Shown here in pieces: positions 1 through 13,594 of a DNA stretch of 64,000 bases (positions are counted from its first letter, which is position 1; each line of letters begins with the position of its first letter). The stretch spans positions 14,448,001 through 14,512,000 of the forward strand of contig CM119371.1 of the NCBI GenBank assembly GCA_051294905.1. The letters are read 5' to 3'. Both the position numbers and the translations under genes were made by a program. This DNA comes from Botryllus schlosseri (taxonomy: Eukaryota). The notes under the pieces were generated by a model. The model was not told the DNA's origin. It did no database searches and saw nothing but the letters and a program-made list of their open reading frames with translations.

Positions 1-543
1 GCTTGGCTTGTTTCGCACTATACAGTTCTCCTGTAGCATTTCCAGGAAAACCAGACATTAGATTAGACTTAAAATTAGACCATAGAAAGATTTCATACAT
101 TCGATTAGAATTGGAATTAGAGCATAGAAACATTTCAAAAATTAGAATAGCTTCAATTAGGATAATTAGACAACTAGAATATCTAGCAACATCGCCTAAA
201 TCAGAAATAACTGAATATATTTTTGAAGATTCTTGCTGTTAGCAGTGTCATGTGCCATTACTAATTTTATATTAGTCGCAAAGATTCATATCGCAATTTT
301 CAAGGTAGAATCCTCTGAAAATCTGCGTACCATACTTAACTATTTTTCCAACATTTCGTATTCTACTTCCACTTGGCGTAGCTTTGACTTGTATTGGGAA
401 CTGTTGCATCTACTTGTAATCGAGTATAAATTGAAGTTGGTATTTCTACATCGACTTGAGTAGCAACGCTGGTAACTTTGACCATCTCTGCTTTGGTTTA
501 CCTCATAGATGCGACTAGGAAAGTTGACATCAGGTGTCATTAC

Positions 544-1442
544 TAGGGCAATTTTTTTTGACATGTCAAAAAAAGTCAAAATTATGTCAAAATTGTAGCG
601 TTAGGTCAAAATTTGTCAAAATTGTTTACAAAATTTGTCAAAATTGTTTACAAAGTCAAACATTTTTTGACCTCTGCATTTCGTTTGTATCGTAGATTTT
701 GCGCTGTCGGTGAACTTATCATTTGATATTTTACAGGTTGTAGCCTACTTTATAGGCCTACCGTTGTAAACGGACAATCGCCTGCTCATTGTGAATCATA
801 AAGGGTCAAATGAAACAAATATGGACATGGTTTTATGGTCAACGTACCACAATATCCTAGCTGAAGCAAGAATGCTTGGACATTGCATGGTTCTTATATC
901 AAGAAGCGCAAGCTTACAAATTGTGATATAGACAACATTGTCAGAATGAAGCAACACGGTTTGTCACCAGCAGTGTGCACACAACTTGAGTGTTGTCAGC
1001 CAACAAATGCTGCTGTTGAACGTTCTTTCTCCGTTCTTGGCAAGCTACGTAGTAAGGACAGACACTTTCTACCCGAGAATGTAGGAAAGGATCTTTCGTT
1101 GTACTACAACAAATTTTAATTATTTCCACCAGAATACGTAATGTAACTACTGGAATTCTTCATAGGGCCAGATTTCGTTAAAATACTAGTTTTTCATGTA
1201 AAAATCTGTCAGTTTTTGAGCCAAAAACGTTTTTTCAGGCCAATCTACTTTGTAAGGACAGACAGTTCCAACCAGAAATAAAGATAAGTAGCACAATTTT
1301 AACATTATATGCGAAAACACCTAATTTGCATACGTGAGGTCAAAATTTGGTCAAATTTCAGTTTTTTTAAGTCAAAAAAGGTCAAAATTTAGATTTTTTA
1401 GGTCAAAATCTTCCATGTTTTAGGTCAAAAAAAATTGCCCTA
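544..1442 (+). mobile_element. Non-autonomous hAT element with GTCAAAA subterminal repeats and transposase remnant (883-1119)
   Basis: TIR TAGGGCAATTTTTTTTGAC; perfect TSD GTCATTAC (536-543, 1443-1450); CQPTNAAVERSFSVLGKL...R motif. Confidence 0.93.
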
Positions 1443-1745
1443 GTCATTACCAAAGTTGTCATACCTGCTGGCTTGATAACGAGTCTTTCAGTTGTCGCAG
1501 CATACTCCTAAACTCGGTTAGTTCCAGTGATATAATCTTGCTCTTGGAGCATGCAGTCTTTAAGCAGCATCCTAAAATTTAAAAAATAATCAGAGAAAGA
1601 GATGCATGGACTTGATTTAAATTTGACTACTTGGTATTAATCCAAAACACGAAACGTTTTCTAGTTGGGCAATATTGACTTTCAGAATGGATTCAAAGCG
1701 ACCGCAGATACAGGTCTGATTAGGAAACCTTGACTTGCCTTAGCC

Positions 1746-2090
1746 CAGTGGTTCCCAACCTTTTTCGACCCATCGCCCCCTTTTCAAGGTCAACACAGAT
1801 CATCGCCCCCAAAATTTTGTGTACCGAAAATTGGGCATACAAACTGTAATCACCGGCGGGTTGACTAAAAAAAAGGTCAAATTTTCGGCTCGATGTCTAA
1901 TTTGACACACTTTTGTAACTAAATTTCCGTGGGTTGACTAAAAAAAAAAGGTCAGCCGTTTTGACGCGTCATCGCCCCCCTATCGCCCCTTCCTATTTTC
2001 GCCCCCCTGTCGCCCCCTTCGTCATTTTCGCTCCCCTAGACCGCCAAATCGCCCCCTGGGGGGCGATATCGCCCACGTTGGGAACCACTG
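1746..2090. mobile_element. hAT (Charlie-type) MITE with TCGCCCCC repeats
   Basis: TIR CAGTGGTTCCCAAC; perfect TSD CCTTAGCC. Confidence 0.93.
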
Positions 2091-4915
2091 CCTTAGCCTA
2101 TACATGGAAATTTGCAAATTAGCTGAATGATAATGATTACCTTGGAATATAAGCTGTTTGATAACGATCCTTTACTGTTTCGCAGCATACGCTTCTACCG
2201 TTAAATGTGACGTCGATTTGGTTGAAATTCCATGATATTAGCTTGTATAGCAGCATCCTAAAATTGAAAAAATAACCATGAGGCATACGGTAAACGTTTA
2301 GTTGACAATTTGGATTGGATTCGAAAGGCCCACGACATCCGAAATGTGTACTGATGTTGTAGCCTTGACTTGCTTTATGCTTGTAAATAAGCGAGTTAAA
2401 GTACAATTTTGTAACTATCCTACGCATAGTATATTACTCACCAACAACATATTTGATTTCACATTCACAGAGTAAGAGTCTGCTACTAATAGCAATCAGT
2501 CCTTGAATCTAACAAAAAGCAGATTTGTGCATATGCACAGATCGTGTGTATGTCATATCATGAGTCAAGAAGTGCATATATTATGATTTGTTTATATTGA
2601 TCGAAAGGATAGTTTGATAAACTTTGGCAAGGCTATGTTTGCCTCTTCATATTGGTCAAAACATTGAAGACCCAGCTAATCCGTGCATTGTTGCACACCG
2701 AGTTGACCGCAGTAGTGCGCATTGCTACTCAAGCAATAGATGTCAATTTCTACTCAATGACAAGCATATAGAAGTGGCTATGTCAAATCCATGTCAAGCT
2801 GCTTCAAATTAAAATAAATATATGAGCAGAACTCAGAGAAGTAGTTTCAAAAGAAGTAGTCTGGTTGATGGGTCACATACTCTTAACAGATAGTCTGAGT
2901 TGGCCACTGCAAAATATGTTCAATGAGGTAAGCCTGTTCCTAGTCAAGTCTCTCATATTCATAGTGATAGCAATATAGCATCGTCATATTTTCACCCATA
3001 TGTCATAATATCATTAACATTTACTGGCCCCAATTTACGGGGATCGAAAGCTTTCATCAAATGTCCATTGCTCACCTCAGATACCATTGCTTCATATGCT
3101 TCAGCCCTTAGCTGTTTGTATGTTACACTTGTTTTCTCATGAGGAGAAATCGATAATTTAATTCTTCAAGAGCCCCAAATTTGCGATCTTTGCCCATGCA
3201 AGTCTGAAGTAGAATAGATAATATGTTTACCTTCCTACCATAACATAACATAATATATAATGTGTATATAGCTCAGTGATAATGACAGGGTGATAGGCCT
3301 ATAAACAAAGCTCTGCATAGTCAGTGGTAGGCTACCCTTTACACTTAAACAGGTCGTGATGTGCTTTGGTAATCAATATAACGACAATCGAGTCGATTTT
3401 TTTTCAATGCACTTACAAACGATGTCGCTCAAACCCAAATTACCGTAGTTTATAATCATAGCTAATGCTGGACCTGTCAACAGTATCTCCATTAGAGACA
3501 TTGAGCTACTGTGTCTTGGAGATTGGTATCGGTACTGGTGATACAACAATTTATGTGAATTCAATGTATCGTCACTACCGGTACGTTTAAAATTCCAACT
3601 TGCTACATATAATTCTGTTCAGTACAGCTGCGACACTGAGTAACAGGAATCGGATCAGTACTGGAAACGCAACGGAACAAATGTTCTTTACTACAATAGT
3701 ACAGATACGAAATGTAACTCACCATCCAGATATTTTCAATCTCGAAAGAGGCTTTCTTCACAGATTCACGACGACTAATACGGTCACGTCGGTCAGTCGA
3801 TAGCCAGTCTGGTCTCTTAAGCGCGGCAATACGGCATATAACGAAACATTTTACATTTCATAGCTATAGCCAAACATAGCAGCAGCTGTTCTGGTGACGA
3901 CGGTTTGTATATTCCATTATGATGTCACAATTGACTCACTGATGTAATAACTACATTGAAGTTAAGGATCTCCGGAATATTTGTTTGTATGCTATAATTG
4001 ATTTATCGGAAATATGGATTTGATAGCTGTGAAGCTGCAGATTGCATCATAATAAGCTTCAAAAAGTCTTGCAGTACTAGATTTATCTTCATAGATCGAA
4101 CCATTGATACGATCCGAAAGCTGTATGCGAATTGTCGGTTAGGCTTAGTGTGCAATTCATAAAGCTACCAAATAGTGAATAACACATCAATATATACATG
4201 AAAATAACCAGGAAACTTTGCCCAATTTAGTCCCTCTTTCGCCCAATTCAATGATTGTTCCGTGACGTAACCTGGTGTTCCATTCTAATTTGAATTCTTG
4301 CTACGCCCATATTGCGTACTGCTCATATAAGTTTGTGGCTGAAATTTAACTCCTTCTAGTATTCCCAGCTCTAAATACCCTTAACCTGCATTATATTGTG
4401 GTTATACACTAATGCTGTGCGGAATAGGCCCGATATATTTTGTACATATAGGCTACGTACAATGTACAATTGTGCATTTGACGTGACATGAAAGAAATTA
4501 TAAACCAGTATCGTGACAACTTCATAATGTGTCGTATTTCTGCCACACACTTGAGATACATCGGTCACACTATAGTAGACAGGGTGAAATTTCAGCCAAA
4601 GTACGAGTACCGCAGTGCACGATAAATGTGAATTACAATATGATATTGCGGACTTAGCTATTATTCATTCATGTCAATGTAGCACACGAACTTATACAAC
4701 GAATGCTTATTTGTCACTGAAGCTGAAACTATATGCGTAGGCGAATTTACTTGATCGAACCGGGTTAAATCCATAAAAACTGAACAATGGAACATTGCCT
4801 AAGCCTACCCAAGAAGCCATAAAGACACGGACAACAATATAGTGGGCGAAAACACGCATTTTCGGTGGATAATTCAACCCCAAAGAGAACATGTCCTACA
4901 CGACCTACAGTTAGA

Positions 4916-5318
4916 CACAGCAGAGAAGTTCTTAAGTGCCCATACAATGATCAGTACAGTGATTCGACTGGATTTTTAACAAGAATGCAGACTTGCCGCA
5001 CCCCTGCCTGCTTAACCAGGCTTCTGACCGACACAGACTTAAAACTTCAACAGTCAAGTTTTGTGGAAGCGGCTGGCGCGGATTGAATCCCAAACTTCAT
5101 ATTTGTCTGACAAAAGGTGTAATCTTTAACAATTCACCCCAAATGCCAATGCTTGGGGTGTATATCTTATGGTCTATGTGTGTAGGGGTGTGTTCGGCTC
5201 ATTTCCACCAATAGCTTAGGTGTAAATGACAAATTTAGTACCCAATAGGCGTGATGACCCAAAACACACCCTACGCTAGGGTGTGAATTGCGAAAACACA
5301 CCATTTTCGTTTACAGTG
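4916..5318. mobile_element. Possible CMC/EnSpm-like MITE
   Basis: CACAGCAGA left end and TTTACAGTG right end, internal AAAACACACC repeats; TSD not convincing. Confidence 0.3.
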
Positions 5319-6158
5319 CAGCATTGAAATTCTGATGCGGCGTTTTAACACTGGCACTGTACTCGTTAACATTAAGCCATACAGCTCAATTCAATCTTTA
5401 AATGTGCGATTAATATTCAACTGTAACTGTAGTAAGAGCAATATGTGCGGATATCACGATGTGATCAATAGAAATTCAATTTTTACCAAATGGCCAATGG
5501 TTTGACGTTCGATATCGGTGCACTCGTTACCAGTCCATCGGTGTCGATCAAGTTTATCGGAATATAATATTTTCCCGTTGAAACGAATCGAATAATCGAA
5601 TTAAACACTCTGCCATGCACATTGCGCCATGCCCATAACGAATTAAACTATGCAGTATGCGCATTGCACATTTACAAGTCACAGTGCGCTATGATCCGCG
5701 ATTACTAGAGTATCAAGCAGACATCAACAATGAATTTACGAAACAGATGAATAAAAATTGGAAATCGCGTATCAAATCAGTAATTTGTCTCCAACATAAA
5801 ATACCATGGGGTCCTGACTCCTGATATCGCATTGAGTAGCTCGCACCGCATTAATTGTTTGCTTAGTGTAACGGCGTTTTTGGGCCACTCTTCTGCAATC
5901 CCCTATTTACTCTCGAAAATCCTTACTGGAGTGAATGACGATCATGCGCAGTAATGAATACCAATTAGCATGCATAATTACATACCCAATAACACTGTCC
6001 AATTTTGCGGCGCGATTAAAGAGCTAACACGAAAGAACGAGTCGGAAAAGGTAGTGCCAAAGAGGAAAAAATTATTAATTTCGCGAAGGCCTGCTGTTGA
6101 ATTATGTGAAATCAGCAGATATGGTTGTTGCATATATAATAGCATCTTATGAAATACG

Positions 6159-6301
6159 TCGGAGCCGGAGCTACCCCTCAAATAACTGGCTCCAGCTCCG
6201 GCTCCAGCTGAACTTTATGTAGAGCTCCGGCTCCAGCTCCGGTAAAAATGCACGGCTCCGGGGCTCCGGGCTCCGGCTCCGGTTCCGGCTCCAAAGCTCT
6301 G
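6159..6301. repeat. (GGCTCC)n subterminal array, one end of a hAT-like MITE
   Basis: About ten GGCTCC/GGAGCC units ending CCAAAGCTCTG; partner end not seen. Confidence 0.6.
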
Positions 6302-7999
6302 ATCATGACATCGTGAAACTGTCGGGCTATAATATTGCTGCTACTGGACCTGCCACAATTTTATGTGATTTTGATAAAGTCGTGATAAGTATAGGATATT
6401 ATTGTTACTGTCATTGCCAAAGTCAAATTAATTCCGCGATAGATTTTGCCTTCGATTATTATTGGAACAAATCAATAACAACCTAAATATAATCATTACA
6501 CTGGTCAACACATATTGTTAGGCAGACAAAGTAAGAGTGGTTTTGGGGGCTCCGAAGGGCACTGATTCCGAATATGACTTTAGTTTTTTCAAATTGGCTC
6601 TTGTCGTGAAGATAACCCATGGGGCTATTTTGACCAAAATCTCTCATTTTCGCGGTGATGACTAGATATAGAATCGGCTCAGTCTTACTATAAAGATTAG
6701 AAATTCAATCTACTTGTTGTTTTTACACACATAAGACTCTTTTAAATCAAAATACAGCAACAGCAATATATTTAAGTGTAATAGATTCATCAAAGTTGCA
6801 GACTTTCACGGATATCTTGTACATAAATAAAATCCAGTCAGTCATGCATATAAGTATTTACCTAGACATCAAATAATGTGGCATTAATTCAATCACTTTT
6901 TCGTCAACTTCCTATTGTAAATTTTAAATAATCAGTTGGAATGTAATATTATCAATTTATTTTGAAGAACAATTGTTTTTGTACGATTTTGCCTGTAAGC
7001 TATTTAATGCAGTTTCTCGAAAGGTTCCGGCAATGGTCTGCCATAATATGTTCAATTGTTCATCTCATCTGCCCTGATATATTTCTTTTATTGTTCTGAT
7101 GTCTTGGTAGAACCTCTCCGCTTGCTAATCAACAAGACCACCAGGAAATATATCAAGATGACTGACCAGGAAGTGAACTATTATGCTCATGTTTGTGCTC
7201 AAAGTTTTCGATATGCAGATACGAATTTTGGGACCAACTGTTTGTAGTTGGGGGCTTTCTGATCATCTAAAAAGTTTCATTTACTACATCTTAGTTGAAA
7301 TTACATGCAGTGAACTATGGTCTTAATCGAAAGCTAGTGTCGAACGAGAAGCAGGACGTATGCAAGCTAGAGAGATCATGGTGCAAAAACTAACTGATTA
7401 GGCGACAAGCGCCCAAAATTATTCAATAAAAACAAACAGCAACATAATATTACATATCATGTGGAACTGACATTATATTATTCATAGTTGGTCACATAAA
7501 AGGTCCATATTTGAACTTTTCACACCATTCATACTATTGCGACGTCATCGCGAGTGATACTTGAATGCTCGACTCGACTCGAAGCCTACAATACCCGATT
7601 TAGAATCGGATTACTCTCGTATTCGATATTGTGCAGCCTTAATTGATTATAAGTCAGTGGAAAGAAATTAGGACTGACCTGTCGAATATCACGCCCCCCT
7701 CCCTCATCACAGCGACGATGTGAACAGAAACAGACCCCGAATCAGCAGATCGAGCTTTGACAACTGTCGTGAGCATGATTCGGGCTTGTTCGAAGCGAGA
7801 CACCTTACGGATTACTAAAACCGAACATGTGAGTAAGTCGGCGGTTCGTGTCAATATGCGATAATCACTATTTTCAGTAGTCTTGTTATTCGAAGAACGA
7901 ACAAAAACGCCATTGCATTGGTAAATACGCTTCCTACCTGATCGCTTCTGATTAACTTCATGATCGGAAACTGGATTACACATTTGCATTCTTCTATCA

Positions 8000-9801
8000 C
8001 AGAGGTGGTCAGTTTGTGCATTTTGTAAGTTCCAAGTAGGTTATGTTGAACCACCTACTTAACTGTTTATGTTTTACACTATGTTCAATTGACTGTCTTT
8101 CAGGCGAACCGTCTACTTTTTACACTTTATGTTCCATAAAGTAGAAAGTAGTATTGGGATATAGGCCACTTGCATTAGAAGTGAAATCATCATGTCAACT
8201 GGGCGGTAAAGCCCCCGTGTCATGGTAACTGGGTATACATTCGAGAATTGCACCACTCTGTGGTGTAATTATTCAGTTAAATAACGAAGTGTCATCCTGT
8301 AATTTGGAAAATAACCACCTCATATTGACTGCTAATAGTATGAGACCCATAAACCAGATCGACCTTTTGAAACTACTTATTTTTGTCTATTCCAGATCTT
8401 CCTTTTCTACATCTACTTGAAGTAGTTGTGAGATGTCTTTGAAATTACTTATATGTCAGTAAAAAATGACGGAAATGCATCTACTTCTACTTGAGTAGAA
8501 ACGCTGACTACTTTACAGAGGTGGTCAGTAACGAAGTACTTCTATTTTTCGAAGTACTCAAGTAGTTTTCCTCTACTTCTGGTACTTACCCAAGTAGATA
8601 GAATCTTTGCTACTTCTACTTCTACTTCGTAATATTTTGTGATCTACTTACTTACTTTTCGCTATTTTCAGTTTGTCAAGTAGAAGTAGTGTAACCCTCC
8701 AATTAGAAAGAGAAACTGGGGAATTCTCGGGCTGTTTTCACGGAGTTCTAACTTTCTATTTTAATAAAATTGAAGTCAAACCCAGAATTTCCGTCGCGCT
8801 TCATATGAAGGAGATATAGAGTTACAAATATGTTTTCACGAAAGTGTATATTATTTAGGTTGCAGGTTGCATTGCACCGCATTGTCGCCCATATGACATA
8901 TTTCATCACAGTGAATATGGCCCATCGTAACGTTTGAAACAACCGTTTCGCAATATAGCATTTACCCCTCATATCGTAATCTAGCAGCCCATGGCGTGCC
9001 CTAATCTGGAAAAGTGGGCTCTGACTTTTTTATCGTAAGATCTGTTTTAGCAGACCACCATTAAAACTGTCTCGACAAAAGACATAAAACACATTTCCGC
9101 TTTTCTGATGTAGTATTTGTAGTTCTCGTTCAATTCACAGTATCATTACTTAGACTTCTAATTAGTTTCAGTTCTTTTGTCTGGAGAACATACATGTTCA
9201 AGTTTATGAGAATGTGTATCATCGCCGTCTATTTTTCTAAAATACAATTACACTATACGGCATTTTTGCGTTACGCAATATTTTTTTAATCATCGTATAC
9301 GAATCGCGCAAAGTGTTACCATCGTATCCATATAACTTCTCCGTGTTGCTCTTGGACTAAACTAAACGCCGTAATATCCGTGATAGGGAACATGCCATGA
9401 CATTTTCTAAAACGAGTAAACAAAAGATAAGTATCTCATTTCCATAGCAAAACTATCATTTGCATCTCATGATTCGGTCGAATGCTCATGCTGTCGGAAG
9501 TTTATACCTTCTGGGATGCATCAATATGCATTGTACATGAAGCTCTCTGCACCTACCACATATCTCAATTTGCAGCTTTTGAAAGTCCATGCGAACGTAT
9601 TATGACCGTTTTCAAAACTACTTACTTACTTGAGTAGATTTAAAGCCAGCAAATTCTACTTCTACTTCAAGTAGTTTTAGGTTGCTTCTGGAAGAAGTAG
9701 TTCTACTCGTACTTGAGTAGATTTTTGCGTCACTACTTCTACTTCTACTTGAGTAGCTTTCTTGACTACTTTGACCACCTCTGCTACTTTAATCACGTCT
9801 G
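8000..9801. mobile_element. hAT MITE, CAGAGGTGGTCA / TACTTC family (outer, older copy)
   Basis: Left TIR CAGAGGTGGTCA, decayed right end ATCACGTCTG; flanks TTCTATCA and TTCTACTG. Confidence 0.7.
8516..9783. mobile_element. hAT MITE, CAGAGGTGGTCA / TACTTC family (inner, younger copy)
   Basis: 12-bp perfect TIR; perfect TSD CTACTTTA (8508-15, 9784-91). Confidence 0.92.
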
Positions 9802-9870
9802 TTCTACTGACGTAGATTGATCTTTACCTTATTCAATTCATGAAAGAACTAAGAACCAGCAACGAATACT

Positions 9871-10113
9871 GGCGGGATAGCGTAGTGGTATAATCCACAG
9901 CAACAAAACCAACGGGTTGCAGGTTCGAGTCCGACCGGAGTCGACTCCAGGATTTCTACCCAAGTGTTGGAGGTTTATCTAGGCTCCTCTTTTCCATCTC
10001 ATCCGTGTAAGGCTGTAAGTGGTGTCTTATAAATGCCCCTCGAAGTTGGCTGTGCTACAAGTCGGCACACGGAATAAAAGTGAAGAAAAGTGGCCTGGTG
10101 CAATTTGCTGAAT
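9871..10113 (+). mobile_element. tRNA-derived SINE, family A
   Basis: Pol III A box TAGCGTAGTGG, B box GGTTCGAGTCC, core GTGTTGGAGGTTTATCTAGGCTCCTC shared with at least six other copies in the window. Confidence 0.85.
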
Positions 10114-10585
10114 CAGTCTCAGGGGTTCCCTGAAGGTAGACACACACTCAACTCATACATATGATTTGTGGTAACACGCCCATCCTGGCCATCATTGGCT
10201 GCAGGTAATTCGAACTGATCAGCATTGGAGATTGTGACGGCTGTGGGGTGCATGGTGCGCAGTGGCGTCGTATAGGGGAAATTGGGGTTCGAAATTGAAG
10301 CAGCGCCCTTCTGAAATCCCAGTTGTATCTCCAATATAAGCTCATTTGCAATTAGGCAATTGGTATCACACACGCGTTTCGACCGAGCAATACGACGACA
10401 CTTTCCAAGGTGAAGATGCGCATTTTAGAACCGGGAAGGGAAGAAGTCACACTGATTTGCAATAATTATCATTACCTTTGTGCGAAAGTCGTAATTTATT
10501 GGTTTTGTTAATTTTAGACTATGTTGATGCACACTTGCACAGTTCATTTTGCGCAACACTACAGTGTATAGTTGTGTAGTTAGGT

Positions 10586-11257
10586 CAGTGGTTTGTAACC
10601 GGTGCTCCCCGTAACACTAGGGGTTCCGTAAGCCAGTCTCAGAGATTCCTAGGAGGTCAAGACAGTATACACCACTCAACCTACAAATATGATTTGTGAT
10701 GTTACCCCCGTCTTGACCATCATTGATTAATGCTTATTAGGCCTGATCAGTTATCAAATTGGGGATTTTGTGGTGGTATACGTCGTGTGCGGTGGCAGAC
10801 GCGGGGGAAGTTGAGGTTCTCAATCGAAACTCGTCCTTCTGAAATGCCAATTCTAAATCAAATAATAATAAGCCTATATTTATAATTAAACATTTGGTAT
10901 CCCGTAGTGCGTTTCGATCGAACAATATGATCGCATTTTCGAAGATGAAACTATTAATTTTCGAACTGGTATCTGAAGACGAACAGTTGGATTTTCACAC
11001 TGATTTGCGATAAATATTGATTATCTTTTCGTTTGCGTGAAAAGGATGTTTCGATAGCTTGCGAGCTGTTATTTAAAAACTCTGTTGCTTCACAGTTAAT
11101 TTTGTGCATCAGTAATCTTTAGAAATGTATTAGATGTGCAGTCAGATGTGCATTTTGGTATATATTTGTTTTATGACCCAGCGAAAATATGTGGTTCCGC
11201 GAAAGCTTGCAGATTACCGACAGTGTTCTGCAGGTTAGTAAAGTTTAACAACCACTT
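10586..11257. mobile_element. Diverged hAT (Charlie-type) MITE; a partial related copy lies directly upstream (about 10114-10560)
   Basis: CAGTGGTT left end, AACCACT right end, GGGGTTCCG motifs; internal sequence aligns with 10114-10560. Confidence 0.65.
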
Positions 11258-12026
11258 CTCTATTCAATGTTTTGTTTTCACATGTTAATTTTTCATTCAT
11301 TCATTCATTCATACCACTCTCTTGCGAATGATATTGTTTGATCACAATTTTCTGACTGTCGCCTGTATGAGGTGTGCTTGATTGATGATTCTGTCCTTCC
11401 TTCTTATCCGTACAGTAGACATTGTTCTGCTGGTGACTGGAAACATCAGTACGAGACCGTTAAGTATTGGGATTAACCCGTTTATTAATTCGATCGCAAA
11501 AGCCAGGCGGTACAATACAAAAACACAACGTGCTCGTAATATGATGCACACAGTTTTTAATAGATGATAATGGCTGTCAATTATTACACGATACAGGACA
11601 AGCACTTCCGGAAATTACGGACAGACTCGTGGAACTCGTGTAGCCTAAATGACAACAGCAGTTGCAGTAAATCGCTATTTCACGACATCATCCGTTGAGG
11701 CACGGACACATTTGCTATAAATGTATAAAATTATGTGAGGACTAGAGACCATCAAACGCCGTCATAAACAAGCGACCACGAGAAAATCTCTACAAAAATG
11801 AGACAGGTTATGATGCTCAGGATTGCTCACGAATTGCGACGCCAGACATTTTCGCGGCGGGCTTTTGTGCCCACTGCCCATGGACGCTGCGTCGCCTCGT
11901 TTGTGTAAAAACCGAAATGGGGCTCTGTAATATGCAGATATCTTGCCTAAGACATTTTGCAGGCAGGCAGACCGCAATGCAAATCCCAAATATAGTCAAT
12001 CTAACTTGTGTATTTGGCTCGATAAT

Positions 12027-12361
12027 TAGGGTTACCATATTTAGAAAATCTGAAATGAGGACACTTTTGCAAAATTTTCAGACTTGCAACACGGGAGGAA
12101 AATCCTGAAAACATGGTAAAGTTTTCGGTCGGTTGACTATAATAAAAGCAAGGTCATCTTTCCGGCTCAACTCATTAAATAGCCGCCGGAGCGTTAGGTC
12201 AGTGCTGATTTTCTGTATTTCAGTCGAATTTTGCCCTATATATACCCAAAATTCTCGAATAAGAGGACAAAATCTCAAAAAAGAAGACATTTGGACGTCC
12301 GCCGAGGACACTTTCAAAAAAGAGGACAAATGCTCTTAAAAGAGGACGTATGGTGACCCTA
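12027..12361. mobile_element. hAT MITE (GAGGAC-repeat family)
   Basis: TIR TAGGGTTACCATA / TATGGTGACCCTA; perfect TSD TCGATAAT. Confidence 0.92.
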
Positions 12362-12459
12362 TCGATAATAATGCATGTGCCATGAATAGTGTGGCGAGCC
12401 GCTGGTTAGCTACCACTGTACTTCAGGTACAACAAGTGTGACCGTCTGTTACAATAACA

Positions 12460-13594
12460 ACCGGGTTCCCAACCGGGGGTCCACGAAGCGTCTGAATTTG
12501 CAAAATGGTCAATAACCTGAGCTGTATTTTTTTTAAATTAGAGTATAATCACGAGGCAGTTTAGGGAAGCGAGTGGCGTAGTATGCTAAGCGGCACGGTC
12601 ACGACACCAATGGTTGTTGGTTCGCGTCTCGGCTCTACCCAGTTTCTATGTGTCGGAGGTTGATCTGGGCTCCTCATCGCCAACCTCGCTGCGATTGCAG
12701 TGACTTGAAAAACCCGGAAAGTACAGGAAGCCGGGCTGGAAAGTCGGCAGCAAAGATCCGATGAATGAATGAGTGTGGAAGAGAGAGAGACTGAATCGTG
12801 GTAGCAAGAGAAGTCGCCAAAAGAAGAAAAAATGCACTGAACTGTTGAATTGCCATTGTGCCATTGTCGTGGAGCACAAAGCCTCATAAGGCTATAAGCA
12901 CCACTATCTTATCTCATCAATACAATACAATACGAGGCAGTTTAGCTTCATCGCTGCTAAAACTTCAGGACTCACGTAAACATAGAATGGACGTTTTGTT
13001 GTGGTTTGTGGTAAAATATAAAAGTCGCAGTCGTGCAGGTCAATCAGGATGACTTCGAAATATTTGCAAAACCCATATTCTCCTGTGACATGCATGATCA
13101 GTATTCCGGAATAACTAATAATGAGGAGCTGCTTGATAGAAACGACTAGGCTGGACGATATATGTTCATCAAAAAATATGTTTTTCAATTTGTGTGTCAT
13201 ATGTTGCGATCATACTCAAACGTCTTCTCGGAAGCGTTACGCGATATTATTATATTCGCCATCACCTATATTGGCGGAAATGCGTTATCGGCACTCGTTC
13301 ATATCAAATCGAAGACGCGTATTTTCCAGACACAATCACTATCTTAAGAAATGCAGCTACACTGCTACTGAAATCGCATTCAAACAAAAGTTTACCGAAT
13401 TTCTACATGAATAGTATGTTATTTTGAAGAGACATTTTGCTGCTACTTATCACTAGCCTGCAGTTAATATTTGCACAAGACAGATGACGGTTGCACGATA
13501 ATTAAGCTAGACTTGCTCTAAAACTTTGGGGGTCCGCGGGGGTCCGTGATGGTTCAAAAGGGGTCTGCGAACACAAAAAGGTTGAGAACCACTG
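12460..13594. mobile_element. hAT (Charlie-type) element hosting SINE C
   Basis: GGTTCCCAACC..GGGGTCC left end; GGGGTCCG repeats and GGTTGAGAACCACTG right end. Confidence 0.65.
12565..12931 (+). mobile_element. tRNA-derived SINE, family C, full length with (CAATA)n tail
   Basis: Perfect 14-bp TSD ACGAGGCAGTTTAG (12551-64, 12932-45); A box TGGCGTAGTATG, B-box-like GGTTCGCGTCTC; core related to family A. Confidence 0.9.

Noticed and set aside
9871..9945. tRNA gene (A and B boxes)
   Set aside because: No convincing cloverleaf; it continues into a multi-copy core and tail, so it is a SINE head. The same applies at 12565, 50549 and 61980.
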